The notes under the pieces are model-generated. The model worked only from the letters and a program-made list of their open reading frames with translations. It was not told where the DNA came from and made no database searches. A stretch of 64,000 nt of DNA from Candidatus Limnocylindrales bacterium (lineage in GTDB: Bacteria; Moduliflexota; Moduliflexia; Moduliflexales; JAUQPW01). This document shows, in pieces, positions 10,213 through 19,629 of the stretch. The translations under genes and the position numbers were made by a program. The stretch lies in the NCBI GenBank assembly GCA_035559535.1, contig DATMBG010000033.1, forward strand, positions 61,573 to 125,572, given 5' to 3'. The first letter of the stretch is position 1. Every line of letters starts with the position of its first letter.

Positions 10213-10240
10213 GTAGGGGCGACCGGCCGGTCGCCCCTAC
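10213..10240. repeat. 28-bp perfect palindrome, REP-like (GTAGGGGCGACCGGCCGGTCGCCCCTAC), between convergent genes
   Basis: Self-complementary 28-mer read directly. Lies between the stop of the GT-C gene (10161, +) and the stop of the glsB-like gene (10284, -). Member of a five-copy family. Confidence 0.85.
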
Positions 10241-10283
10241 AAAAGCTACCCCCTTTTATCCCTTCTGATACGGCTCGTTGATA

Positions 10284-10553
10284 CTAGCGTACCGTACCAC
10301 GCCGGAACATATTAACAATGGCCAGCAGAATAATGGCCCCCAGGAGGGAAACCAGTAATCCCCCCAGACTAAAATTGTTTTGATTGATTGTACCTACCCC
10401 AAATATAGGGGAGAGGAGCAATCCCCCCAGAAAAGCTCCTACAATACCTACCACAATATTAAGGAAAATACCTTGTTGTGCGTCTGTACGCATAATCAGA
10501 CTGGCTATCCAACCAATGAGACCACCCACAATGAGCCAAATAATAAAGTTCAT
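10284..10553 (-). CDS. GlsB/YeaQ/YmgE family small membrane protein (transglycosylase-associated protein family)
   Basis: 89 aa, glycine-rich TM helices 'IIWLIVGGLIGWIASLIM...GIVGAFLGGLL' typical of this family. ATG preceded by GGAGGA Shine-Dalgarno. Confidence 0.8.
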   Translation of the reverse strand: MNFIIWLIVGGLIGWIASLIMRTDAQQGIFLNIVVGIVGAFLGGLLLSPIFGVGTINQNNFSLGGLLVSLLGAIILLAIVNMFRRGTVR

Positions 10554-10995
10554 ACTATCAATTCCTCCATGACTAGTTAATATAGGGTTTGACTTAAACT
10601 CCTGTTTTAACGGCTATTTCACTAAGTGGCAAAAGATATGCCAATCCCGGCTTACAAAGAACAAGGACTCGGATCTTATTACTTAGCCCTCTATACGGGA
10701 CATTATCGGAGTTCTCCAGGGAGATCAAAAAGAACAGGGGGGGTATAAGTTTACCCCGCTTAGGGGAAATCTCTGGAGGAATAGCCAGGTATTTTAAAAC
10801 TAAAAGGTAATCTTATTTTTTAATAAGAACTTATAACCAAAAATTTTAGGAGACAGGTGAATAAAAAAGATTTTTCTTGAAAATAGATTATTTTCTGCTA
10901 TTCTTTTTTTATCTTATGGTTGATAAAGACCCCTATCAGGGATAAGGGAATTTGATCCCGAAGGGCAGACTTTAAATAGCTTTTATTTTAAACAC

Positions 10996-11943
10996 GTGAT
11001 AACCCAAAAATCTGAAGAAAAAGTTCTTTCTATTTCTGCATCGAAGGACTCCCTATGGCAAAGGCTAAGAGCTTACTTTCAACGGGATACGGTGGTTGGT
11101 TATCTTTTTATAAGCCCGGCCTTGCTTCTCCTTTTGACCTTAGTCGCTTATCCCTTCTGTATCGCCCTTTATTTTAGTGTAAGCAATACCATGGTAGGAG
11201 TTCCCGGTTCTTTCGTAGGATTCCGAAATTTTATCAATCTTCTCCACAACGATATTTTCTTACAAACCTTACAAAATTCCTTTATTTTTACCAGTGTTTC
11301 GGTTTTTTTTAAAACCATACTGGGTCTTACGCTGGCCTTATTATTAAACCAACAGCTATGGTTTAAAAAGTTCATTCGGGGCGCTGTTCTCCTTCCTTTT
11401 GTAATTCCAACTGCTTTAAGTACCCTGGGATGGTGGTGGATGTTTGATTCCCTCTATAGTGTGGTGAATTGGACCCTTTATCATCTGGGTTTACTGGGAT
11501 CACCTTCTGAGCTTAACTGGTTAGGCACCCCCCACTTAGCCATGGCAGCCGTGATTATTGTAAATGTATGGAGAGGTTTACCCTTCTTTGCCATCTCTAT
11601 TCTGGCAGGCCTTGTAGCTATTCCAAGGGAGTTGTACGAAGCAGCAGAAACCGATGGAGCGGGCAAAGTGAGTAAGTTTTTCTACATTACCCTTCCTCTC
11701 CTCAGACCGGTCTTAGTCATTGTGGTCCTATTTTCAACCATCTTCACTCTAAGTGATTTTAATATTGTCTATGTGTTAACCCGTGGAGGACCTATCAATT
11801 CCACCCACCTTTTTGCTACCCTTGCAAATCAGGTAGGTCTGGTTTCCGGAAATATTGGAGAAGGAGCAGCGATCTCCCTCTTTTTATTCCCTATTTTGGT
11901 CATAATTGTCTATTTTCAATTAAAAATGATCCGAAAAGAGTAA
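10996..11943 (+). CDS. ABC transporter permease (carbohydrate-type, MalF/UgpA-like)
   Basis: Six-TM permease with the EAA-loop signature 'YEAAETDGAGKVSKFFYITLPLLRP'. GTG start in track; start uncertain. Confidence 0.8.
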   Translation: MITQKSEEKVLSISASKDSLWQRLRAYFQRDTVVGYLFISPALLLLLTLVAYPFCIALYFSVSNTMVGVPGSFVGFRNFINLLHNDIFLQTLQNSFIFTSVSVFFKTILGLTLALLLNQQLWFKKFIRGAVLLPFVIPTALSTLGWWWMFDSLYSVVNWTLYHLGLLGSPSELNWLGTPHLAMAAVIIVNVWRGLPFFAISILAGLVAIPRELYEAAETDGAGKVSKFFYITLPLLRPVLVIVVLFSTIFTLSDFNIVYVLTRGGPINSTHLFATLANQVGLVSGNIGEGAAISLFLFPILVIIVYFQLKMIRKE

Positions 11944-12015
11944 TCTTATCCGTCGCCCCTTGTTAGGGGTTAAGCTTGTAGGTTAACCCGGCTATCTAAC
12001 AACAGACGACGGACG

Positions 12016-12864
12016 ATGAGCCCCAGACAGATGAAATCTTTAAAACAATTTTTCGGGTCTCACTTACCCTTAATTCCCTTTTTAATCTTTGCCCTTTTCC
12101 CTTTTTACTTCATGCTTGTAACCTCTTTTAAGGATGATGGAGAGCTTTACGATCTGAACTCCATTCCATTCTGGATATACAAGGGGGTGGTTTTGAGCCA
12201 TTATCGATTTCTTTTAGCCGAGACTCCCTTCTTAACCTGGATCAGTAACAGTCTAACGGCCAGTGTACTGAGTACTATTATCTCGGTTATTATCAGCATC
12301 CTAGCTGCTTACAGCCTGGCCAGATTAAATTTTCGGGGAGCCCATAGTTTTGGGATTGCTATTTTTATTACCTACCTGGTTCCTCCGGCTCTATTATTTC
12401 TCCCACTCTCTCAGGTCGTTCATAAACTGGGACTCTCCGATTCCATCTGGGCCCTGATACTCACCTATCCCACCTTTCTGGTTCCCTTTTGTACCTGGTT
12501 ACTTTTAGGGTATTTTAAAACCGTTCCTCGGGAAATAGAGGAATGTGCCATGGTAGACGGAGCAACCCGGTTCCAAACTTTGACAAAAATAGTTTTACCG
12601 GTAGCCACGCCGGGGATTATCTGCGCCACCCTGTTCTCGTTTACCCTTTCCTGGAATGAATTTTTGTATGCCCTTACCTTTATCTCTTCCACCGCCCAGA
12701 AAACGGCTACTGTGGGGATTACAGGAGATCTCATCCGGGGAGATATTTACTACTGGGGGTCTTTGATGGCCGGAGCCGTACTGGGCTCGGTACCTATTGT
12801 AATTGCCTATGTATTCTTCCTGGATTATTACGTCTCGGGCTTGACAGCAGGTGCCATTAAGTGA
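12016..12864 (+). CDS. ABC transporter permease (carbohydrate-type, MalG/UgpE-like)
   Basis: ATG start. EAA-loop region 'EECAMVDGATRFQTLTKIVLPVATPG'. Second permease of the pair. Confidence 0.8.
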   Translation: MSPRQMKSLKQFFGSHLPLIPFLIFALFPFYFMLVTSFKDDGELYDLNSIPFWIYKGVVLSHYRFLLAETPFLTWISNSLTASVLSTIISVIISILAAYSLARLNFRGAHSFGIAIFITYLVPPALLFLPLSQVVHKLGLSDSIWALILTYPTFLVPFCTWLLLGYFKTVPREIEECAMVDGATRFQTLTKIVLPVATPGIICATLFSFTLSWNEFLYALTFISSTAQKTATVGITGDLIRGDIYYWGSLMAGAVLGSVPIVIAYVFFLDYYVSGLTAGAIK

Positions 12865-12876
12865 TATTAAGTAGTA

Positions 12877-12941
12877 AGTACTGAGTGCTGAGTCCTGAGT
12901 GCTGAGTAAATACTAAAACCCAGTGTTCAGCACTCAGTACT
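12877..12941 (+). terminator. Long stem-loop (15-bp perfect arms) immediately after the permease operon
   Basis: Arms AGTACTGAGTGCTGA (12877-12891) and TCAGCACTCAGTACT (12927-12941), followed by a T-rich tract (ttattattg). Sits between the permease stop (12864) and the hslO start (12955). Confidence 0.45.
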
Positions 12942-12954
12942 TATTATTGAAAAT

Positions 12955-13833
12955 ATGCCAGATACACTTGTAAGAGCCATCGGAGCTTATGCGAATATTC
13001 GCTGTATAGCTGCTGTCACTACTGATCTAGTGGAAGAAGCGCGTGCCCGGCATGATACCTATCCTACTGCAACGGTAGCTTTGGGAAGGGCTCTGACCGG
13101 AGGAATTCTCCTGGGTGGTCTATTGCAGGGGGAGGAGCGAATTAACCTTCAGATCAATGGAAGAGGGCCTCTTCGTAGTATTGTCGTGGATGCTGATGCC
13201 TTTGGCCACGTTCGGGGTTTTGTCCGCCACCCCCATATCCAGGTCCCCCTCCGTGAAGGAAAAATTAGCGTAAAAGAAGCCATCGGTGCAGGGACCCTTC
13301 AAGTTTTAAAAATCCAGGCCAATCAGAAAGAACCTTATCGAGGGATTATACCTTTAGTTTCTGGAGAAATCGCTAAAGACTTGACTTCTTACCTGGTTAA
13401 CTCCGAACAAATTCCCTCGGCGGTTGCCTTAGGCGTTTATATCGAGGGTAATAACCGGGTAACCGCTTCGGGAGGATTTATCGTCCAGGCACTGCCAGGA
13501 GCTCAAGATAAAGATATTTCCATTGTGGAAGAGAATATCTCGGCACTTCCCCCTTGTAGCGAGATGATCTTAAACGGAATGGGCCCCCGGGATATCATTA
13601 TGCAGGTCATGAACGGGATTATGATTAAATTCCTGGAGGAAAAAGAAATTTCCTTCCAGTGCCGTTGTAGTAAAGAGCGGGTCGTTCGGATTATGATTGC
13701 CCTGGGAGCCGCAGAAATTCGGGATATCCTGGCAAAGGAGGGAGAAGCGAAAGCCCTCTGCGAGTTTTGTAAGAGAGATTATGTGGTTACCGGAGATGAG
13801 CTCAGACAACTTTTGGAAGAAATTGAATCGTAG
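12955..13833 (+). CDS. hslO: Redox-regulated chaperone Hsp33
   Basis: Hsp33 N-terminal domain and the C-terminal zinc-binding redox switch CxC...CxxC ('CRCSKE...CEFCKRDY'). Confidence 0.85.
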   Translation: MPDTLVRAIGAYANIRCIAAVTTDLVEEARARHDTYPTATVALGRALTGGILLGGLLQGEERINLQINGRGPLRSIVVDADAFGHVRGFVRHPHIQVPLREGKISVKEAIGAGTLQVLKIQANQKEPYRGIIPLVSGEIAKDLTSYLVNSEQIPSAVALGVYIEGNNRVTASGGFIVQALPGAQDKDISIVEENISALPPCSEMILNGMGPRDIIMQVMNGIMIKFLEEKEISFQCRCSKERVVRIMIALGAAEIRDILAKEGEAKALCEFCKRDYVVTGDELRQLLEEIES

Positions 13834-13880
13834 AGCGAAACGTGGTTTCGCCCTACGATCTAAGTTTTTACCCATAGACT

Positions 13881-14260
13881 TTAATATCTCCTATACTGCT
13901 CCTGCATCCTTAGGTCAAAAGCCTTATGTCTGGGATTTTTCTTAAATCCTCGATATTCCGCCTGGCAAGTATAACAAACGGTCATCCACGGAGAAAAGTA
14001 ATAAATGATAGCATCCAGAAGGGTGATTCCCATCAAAATTAAAAGACCCAGCAGGCTGCTACTATAATAGCTGCTTAAAATAATCCCTATAAAAACTATT
14101 ACAGCCCCCAGTTTCCGATTGAACGCCTTCCGAATATAAAATTTATCCCGCCCACATAGAGCACAAGAATCGACAATCCCGGTAGATAAGGATTCAGAAA
14201 CCCGTATAGGAATCTCTTTCAAGCATTTAGGGCAAACCAGATTGGATATGCTTTGAGAAA
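13881..14260 (-). CDS. Small zinc-ribbon / membrane protein (hypothetical)
   Basis: Cys pairs CPKC...CALC then two TM helices and C-terminal CYTC. The track ORF extends to 14330 but would translate through the REP-like palindrome at 14275-14302, so the true start is probably downstream of the palindrome (exact codon not determined). Confidence 0.4.
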
Positions 14261-14274
14261 GAGGTACGGTCAAG

Positions 14275-14302
14275 GTAGGGGCGTACGGCCGTACGCCCGT
14301 AC
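14275..14302. repeat. 28-bp REP-like palindrome (GTAGGGGCGTACGGCCGTACGCCCGTAC)
   Basis: Read directly; lies 25 bp 3' of the stop of the 14327-15175 (-) gene. Confidence 0.85.
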
Positions 14303-14326
14303 AGAATTTACAGGGAAAAGTAATTT

Positions 14327-15175
14327 TCATACCGGTATTTTGGTTACAAACAAAAGAAATCTTGCCAGGAGTTCTCCGGCCAGAACGAAGAGCATGGTCA
14401 CGTACAACATGCCGGTTGCAGATTGGGTTGAGCGAATTTTGACTGTTTCCCAGATCATATAACTACAAGCTAATGGAGCCAAAAGTCCAAAGAGGAGTCG
14501 AAACCAGAAAAAGACCCCGTAACCCTTCAAATTTAAGAGAATCTCTAGGAGCTGACGACCCGTTTCTCCTTCGGTCCAATAAAGCCCCAAGGTTAAAAGA
14601 ATTAAAACAAGTCGGAGGATCAGGGAACCGATAAACAGAAGAGAAAGTGATCTTAAAGGATCAATGGAGAGATCTGGAGTCACCAAATACCAGTGACCCA
14701 GAACCATGGCAAAACTGGCTGAGCCCAGCAGAAGGGCAGAGGTTAGAAAATTCCCCGGGAAGAGGAGATTTTCCCACCATAAACCTAACCCCAACTGATT
14801 ACGATAAACCATTGCCAGACAGATCAAGACCAGGATACCTGCCAGAACTGAAGCTCCCAATAGTTTCCGGCTCAAAGAGGGCCGTTCGGGAGTCAGGACA
14901 AAGAAACAAAGTAAAACGAGAAGGGTGTAAACCACCAAGAGAAGAAGAGTCCTTCCCGTCCAGTTGGTAAAAAGAATCGCTCCATATCCAGAAAGAAGTT
15001 CTTGCCAGGTTACAAGGGGATAGGACCAGAGAAAGAAAGCTATCCCCAACAAAAATAAGCTGGTTAGGCTGGTAAATCTAAAATATCCCCTCCCGGTTTC
15101 ATGGAGAGGAACAGCCAACAACGTTATCATGCTACCGATAGAAAGCTGAGTAAGAAGCAAAAAAATGAGAATCAT
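14327..15175 (-). CDS. Hypothetical polytopic integral membrane protein
   Basis: 282 aa, ATG start, about 8 hydrophobic helices, no identifiable catalytic motif. Confidence 0.5.
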   Translation of the reverse strand: MILIFLLLTQLSIGSMITLLAVPLHETGRGYFRFTSLTSLFLLGIAFFLWSYPLVTWQELLSGYGAILFTNWTGRTLLLLVVYTLLVLLCFFVLTPERPSLSRKLLGASVLAGILVLICLAMVYRNQLGLGLWWENLLFPGNFLTSALLLGSASFAMVLGHWYLVTPDLSIDPLRSLSLLFIGSLILRLVLILLTLGLYWTEGETGRQLLEILLNLKGYGVFFWFRLLFGLLAPLACSYMIWETVKIRSTQSATGMLYVTMLFVLAGELLARFLLFVTKIPV

Positions 15176-15590
15176 GCTGGATAGTTTAATCGAATAAAAC
15201 CTGCCCTGACAAGACCTTTTTTTATTACTTCCCTTTTACGCCTTCCTTCCTTATTTGTTGGATTCCGAAACAAAAAATTTTTTTCTTAAAAGACAGGGTT
15301 TTTTCATCCTTCCGATTCCTGAATCAAGTATGCCAACTTTATTTCTCCAAATTATGAATAAACTGTAAGTTATAAAAATTTATTTTTCTTTATAAAAAAT
15401 TTCATTTTTTTTGTAGACAAAAAAAAGGGTTTATGTATTTACTGTCAAAGGTCTGAAAATCCTGTATTATTTGACTTTTTAAAGCTCTTATCGGGTAAAT
15501 TGAAAAATAGTGGAGGTAAATTTTGATGGATTTATGTAGAGGGGCAAGAGGAGGGAGCTGGTTTAGGATTTAAACTTGAAAGGAGGTAAG

Positions 15591-16703
15591 ATGTATCCAT
15601 TAACGATAGATAAATCTATCTGGCTTCAGATTCTCTCTTTCTGTAGATATAGGAGAATCTCAGTCCTGGTTCTCTCACTGGGAATTATGGGTTGTGCTTC
15701 GGTTAGACCCCTGAATCAGGGAGATGGGACCCTGGCTCGATCTACGGAAAGAGAGAAAGACTTAGAGACATTAAATACCTCTCCGACCTCGCTTCCAGGT
15801 AACTCTTATCTTTCCATATCCAAGCCTTCTGAGTATGAACTCTTTCTGAGATTTAATCCCTCTGATCAGGAGAAACTTACCCAGGAAGAGGAACTCACTG
15901 AAATCTGGGAATCCGGATTAAGTCCAGATACCCTTAAATTCCTGGAAGCTTCGATGCAGGTTGATTCTTCGGAAATTCTTTCTACCCAGGCCCAACCCTT
16001 TCATCTTTACAGAATGAACCCTAACCCTTCGGCTTTCTCTGTAGTTAGTCATCCTATCTATCCATCCCCCTCTCCCAGGATACCTATTCGCCCTACGCCC
16101 TTCATCTCGGAGGACAGTGAATCGGCCCTGCAGGTATCCCCCTTCTTCGTCCCCCCTGTGGATAATGCTTATATTATCCGCGGACTTAATCCAAGATGTT
16201 GGTACGGTCGAGGACATTGTGGAGTAGATATGGCTACGGCCAAAGGAAAAGGGGATAATGTACGGGCTGTGGAAGATGGTATCGTGTTAGATGCGGGAGT
16301 TCGAAAACGCTATGGCTACTATGCCATCGTCTTACATAAAGGAGGTATTGCCTCCTTGTATTCCCATACTTTAAAAGATCCTGATCTAAAACCCTGTCAG
16401 CAAGTAAAGAAACAGGAGGTGATTGCAAAAGTTGGAGAAAGTGGTAATGCCAGATCGCCTCATCTTCATTTTGAGATGATCGATCTGGATAAAGGATGGC
16501 AAGGAAAAACAGACCTGAATAGTTTCATAGCTCAGATTTGTAATAGCCACAAAAACAAAATAGCTGCTATCCGAGAGAATCTTGAAGGACTTCTATTCCG
16601 AAAAGATCTCAAAATAGATCCTCTGGAGTATATTCCCAATATCGCCAAAAACCCCTCCAGATTCCGAATAGGATCTCCCAGGATGCATGCCAAGGGGAGA
16701 TAG
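15591..16703 (+). CDS. M23-family metallopeptidase, probable lipoprotein
   Basis: ATG at 15591 preceded by AGGAGG. Lipobox-like 'LSLGIMGCAS'. M23 motifs 'HCGVDMA' and 'ESGNARSPHLHFE'. Confidence 0.75.
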   Translation: MYPLTIDKSIWLQILSFCRYRRISVLVLSLGIMGCASVRPLNQGDGTLARSTEREKDLETLNTSPTSLPGNSYLSISKPSEYELFLRFNPSDQEKLTQEEELTEIWESGLSPDTLKFLEASMQVDSSEILSTQAQPFHLYRMNPNPSAFSVVSHPIYPSPSPRIPIRPTPFISEDSESALQVSPFFVPPVDNAYIIRGLNPRCWYGRGHCGVDMATAKGKGDNVRAVEDGIVLDAGVRKRYGYYAIVLHKGGIASLYSHTLKDPDLKPCQQVKKQEVIAKVGESGNARSPHLHFEMIDLDKGWQGKTDLNSFIAQICNSHKNKIAAIRENLEGLLFRKDLKIDPLEYIPNIAKNPSRFRIGSPRMHAKGR

Positions 16704-16740
16704 AACCTATTCTTCTGGCAGAAGAGTGGACATGTGGAAC

Positions 16741-16768
16741 GTAGGGGCGTACGGCCGTACGCCCCTAC
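16741..16768. repeat. 28-bp REP-like palindrome (GTAGGGGCGTACGGCCGTACGCCCCTAC) between convergent genes
   Basis: Perfect palindrome read directly, between the M23 gene stop (16703, +) and the cca stop (16791, -). Confidence 0.85.
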
Positions 16769-16790
16769 TCCCTTTTTATTTATCCTGCAT

Positions 16791-18074
16791 TTAAGCCTTT
16801 TCTTCTCTAGGGTAGGTCTGTTTGACCAACTCTAGAGCCTCTTCACGCGTGGAGATTCTTCCTTCTAATTGAGCTTCTTCTACAAAGTTCAAGATTTCGC
16901 GAAAGATCGGACCTGGAACATATCCCATGGCAATGAGATCTTCCCCCCGTAATAAAGGGGGTGGGTTTAAAGCTTCTTTCCCTAAAAGAGCCAATTGGTC
17001 CTTACAAAATTCCCAATTTTCCAAACTTCTTTTACTTGAAATACTGTCCAGTCTGTGCAACTCCAGAAGATCCTGAAAATGTTCCCCTCGTAAAAAACGT
17101 TTGAGAGTACTCGGTCTCATGTTTTTTACATTCAGAAACTTGAGATGATCCCGGACCAACTGAAAGATTGTATCTTTCTCTTTATTTGAGAACTTCAATC
17201 TCTGGCAAATTTCCAGAGCAAGCTTCGCCCCAACCTCTGCATGACCATGAAATCGAATTCGGTCTTTGATTTTAAAAGTCACAGGTTTACCCACATCATG
17301 AAGAAGCACCCCCATAGCTAGCTCAGGAGTTGGATTTTGAAGATTTTCTAGCATCTTTAACGTGTGGGTCCAAACATCCCCTTCGGGATGAAATTCAGGA
17401 GGTTGAGGGACTCCCTTCATCCGTGAAACTTCGGGAAGAATATGGACCAGTAAGCCACTGTCTTGAAGAAGTTGAATCCCCATTGCCGCATTCCCTTCGG
17501 TCAGGATTTTTACCAGTTCATCCCGAATCCTCTCAGGACTTACCTCCTTGATTTTATAAGCAAGTTTTTGAACGGCGCAGAAGGTTTTTTCTTCGATCTG
17601 ATACCGATAGCGAGCCGCTAGTCGTACACTTCGTATCATACGTAGTTTATCTTCTTCGAATCGATCTTGAGGATCTCCAATAGCCCGAATAAGCTTCATC
17701 TGTATATCTTTTAAGCCGCCCACATAATCTATTACACGCTGTTCCCTTAAATCATACAACAGTCCGTTGATGGTAAAATCACGCCTTAACACATCTTCCT
17801 CTGCGTTTTTCCCCCGGAAGGTAGCGACCTCATAACTTTCATGGTTTAGAAGAACCTTCACAACACCAAACTGGGCCCCCACGGAAACTGTCCGTTTAAA
17901 TAACTGCATGATCTGCTCAGGAGTTGCAGTGGTAGCAACATCGTAGTCCTTAGGCTTAAGCCCCAGGATAAGATCTCTTACGCACCCCCCGGCCAGATAG
18001 GCTACAAAACCAGCGTCTGTCAGTTTTTTTACAATGAATTGGACGTGATCGGGTATCTCCATAAAGATCTTCAT
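16791..18074 (-). CDS. cca: CCA-adding tRNA nucleotidyltransferase with HD domain
   Basis: Pol-beta nucleotidyltransferase motif 'GGCVRDLILGLKPKDYDVATTATPEQ' and an HD-domain region 'HDVGK...FHGHAEVGA'. Start taken at the MKIFMEIP ATG; the ORF extends to 18110. Confidence 0.8.
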   Translation of the reverse strand: MKIFMEIPDHVQFIVKKLTDAGFVAYLAGGCVRDLILGLKPKDYDVATTATPEQIMQLFKRTVSVGAQFGVVKVLLNHESYEVATFRGKNAEEDVLRRDFTINGLLYDLREQRVIDYVGGLKDIQMKLIRAIGDPQDRFEEDKLRMIRSVRLAARYRYQIEEKTFCAVQKLAYKIKEVSPERIRDELVKILTEGNAAMGIQLLQDSGLLVHILPEVSRMKGVPQPPEFHPEGDVWTHTLKMLENLQNPTPELAMGVLLHDVGKPVTFKIKDRIRFHGHAEVGAKLALEICQRLKFSNKEKDTIFQLVRDHLKFLNVKNMRPSTLKRFLRGEHFQDLLELHRLDSISSKRSLENWEFCKDQLALLGKEALNPPPLLRGEDLIAMGYVPGPIFREILNFVEEAQLEGRISTREEALELVKQTYPREEKA

Positions 18075-18250
18075 ACTCTCAGGCAAAGTTATAAGCCGGT
18101 TTATTGTCAAAACATAGGTCTATTAAAACCCACAAAAAATCTTGACAATTTAATAATAATATTGCACTTCTGTAAGTATAAAAGATGTTTGTTAGACCTT
18201 CTTAATTTACACCCAAAATACTTTGCTTGAAAGCCTGGAGAGCATCACCT

Positions 18251-19624
18251 ATGAGAAGAGTATTAAAGTCCTCAGTTTTGAGTTTAGTACTGTGGGTAAT
18301 TTGTCTCTCTCTCTTTGTTAAAGTCCTAGAAGTAGAAGGTGCAGAAACACTCACCGTAACCAAAGAGGCGGAACTAAAATCTGCTCCACAAGCTGGAAGT
18401 AAACCAAAAACTGTTATTTTACGTAATACCAAGGTTGAATGGACGGGTAATCGAAAAGGTCCCTGGCTTGAAGTGAGATTACCCAGCGGCTTACAGGGAT
18501 GGATTCAGGAGAATTCGGTCTCGACTCCTAAATCTGTCATCCCGTCGACTCCGGCCAGAACACAACCCCCTCCAGAATCTGTAACCCCCTCTGACATTGA
18601 GGCCCCTAAACAACCGACTCCTGTAGACAACTTAGAGGAGTTAAAGAAAAAATACGAAGCGGAATTGGATCAATTTAAGCAGCTTTTACTTGAACGGCAA
18701 AATGAAATAAAAGCTAAAGATACCGAATTAAAATCCAAGGATGATACGATAGCTCAATTAAACCAGGAAATAGAAGCCCTTAAAACCCAACTTACCCGGT
18801 CTAATGAAGCAGGAAAAGGGGTTCAAGGAACCCTGGAGGAGGCTCAAAACAAGATAAAAGATTTGGAAAATCAATTATCCCAGATTCAAAAAACCTTATC
18901 CGATAAAACTAAAGAGGTTGAGACTTTATCGGCTCAAAATGCAAGTTTAAAACAACAGATAGCCGAAGGAGCATCCGGATCCAGTTGGTCTCTTTATTTA
19001 ATCCCTATTCTTTTGGGTCTCTTGATCGGACTGGCTGTTTACACTTTTCGATATCGTGTTCCCCGAGAAGCCATCCCAAAATCTGGAGCTCCATTCCAGG
19101 AGTTTGAAGGCCAGACCGAAAAAATAAAACCTTCTCTTACTCCAGATAAAATTCAGGGTCCAATGGATCAAAGTTCCTGGAAAGAGCTGGCTCAGACGAC
19201 AGGTGCTTTAGAAAAAGAGGAGCCGGCTAAAACTGTAAAGGGAGAAGTCGCCCCAACCTCTTACGAGAAAGAGGATCCCCGTACCCGGCGGATTCCATCT
19301 GAACCGGAGCCCAAAGCAGAACCTGTGCTCACCCGGGGTGGTGCAACCCAGAGTTTAAGCCCCTCTGATTCAGAAACAGAAGAACCTCAAGCCTTATCTG
19401 GAGAGCGATTCGATATACGTCTTACTAAAGTGGGTGATAGAAAAGATAAAGTGCTTCAAATGCTCTTTAAAGTTAAAGGTCTTGTTCGAAGCCCTGAAGA
19501 GTTGATCAATTCGGTGCCCTGTACCATTGCCAGAAACGTTGAAAAGTTCAATGCGGAGAAATTCCGCCACTACATGAACCGGGTTGGAGCGACCATCGAG
19601 CTGGTTAAATCGGAAGAAGAGTAA
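18251..19624 (+). CDS. Membrane-anchored protein: signal/SH3b domain, long coiled coil, TM helix, and C-terminal ribosomal L7/L12 C-terminal-domain-like module
   Basis: ATG at 18251 (MRRVLKSSVLSL...). SH3b-like 'VEWTGNRKGPWLEVRLPSGLQGWIQE'. Heptad-rich coiled coil (aa about 130-240). TM 'YLIPILLGLLIGLAVY'. C-terminal 'RFDIRLTKVGDRKDKVLQMLFKVKGLVRSPEELINSVPCTIARNVEKFNAEKFRHYMNRVGATIELV' aligns by eye to the L7/L12 C-terminal domain. Confidence 0.6.
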   Translation: MRRVLKSSVLSLVLWVICLSLFVKVLEVEGAETLTVTKEAELKSAPQAGSKPKTVILRNTKVEWTGNRKGPWLEVRLPSGLQGWIQENSVSTPKSVIPSTPARTQPPPESVTPSDIEAPKQPTPVDNLEELKKKYEAELDQFKQLLLERQNEIKAKDTELKSKDDTIAQLNQEIEALKTQLTRSNEAGKGVQGTLEEAQNKIKDLENQLSQIQKTLSDKTKEVETLSAQNASLKQQIAEGASGSSWSLYLIPILLGLLIGLAVYTFRYRVPREAIPKSGAPFQEFEGQTEKIKPSLTPDKIQGPMDQSSWKELAQTTGALEKEEPAKTVKGEVAPTSYEKEDPRTRRIPSEPEPKAEPVLTRGGATQSLSPSDSETEEPQALSGERFDIRLTKVGDRKDKVLQMLFKVKGLVRSPEELINSVPCTIARNVEKFNAEKFRHYMNRVGATIELVKSEEE

Positions 19625-19629
19625 AGGTC

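Noticed and set aside
13881-14330. ORF-track N-terminus 'MKITFPCKFCTGVRPYAPT' that starts with an ATGA overlap and reads through a 28-bp palindrome
   Set aside because: The palindrome family otherwise sits just 3' of stop codons. Translating through it is more likely an artefact of ORF extension, and the downstream CPKC...CALC pair already forms a complete zinc ribbon. I annotated the gene from after the palindrome but could not pin the start codon.
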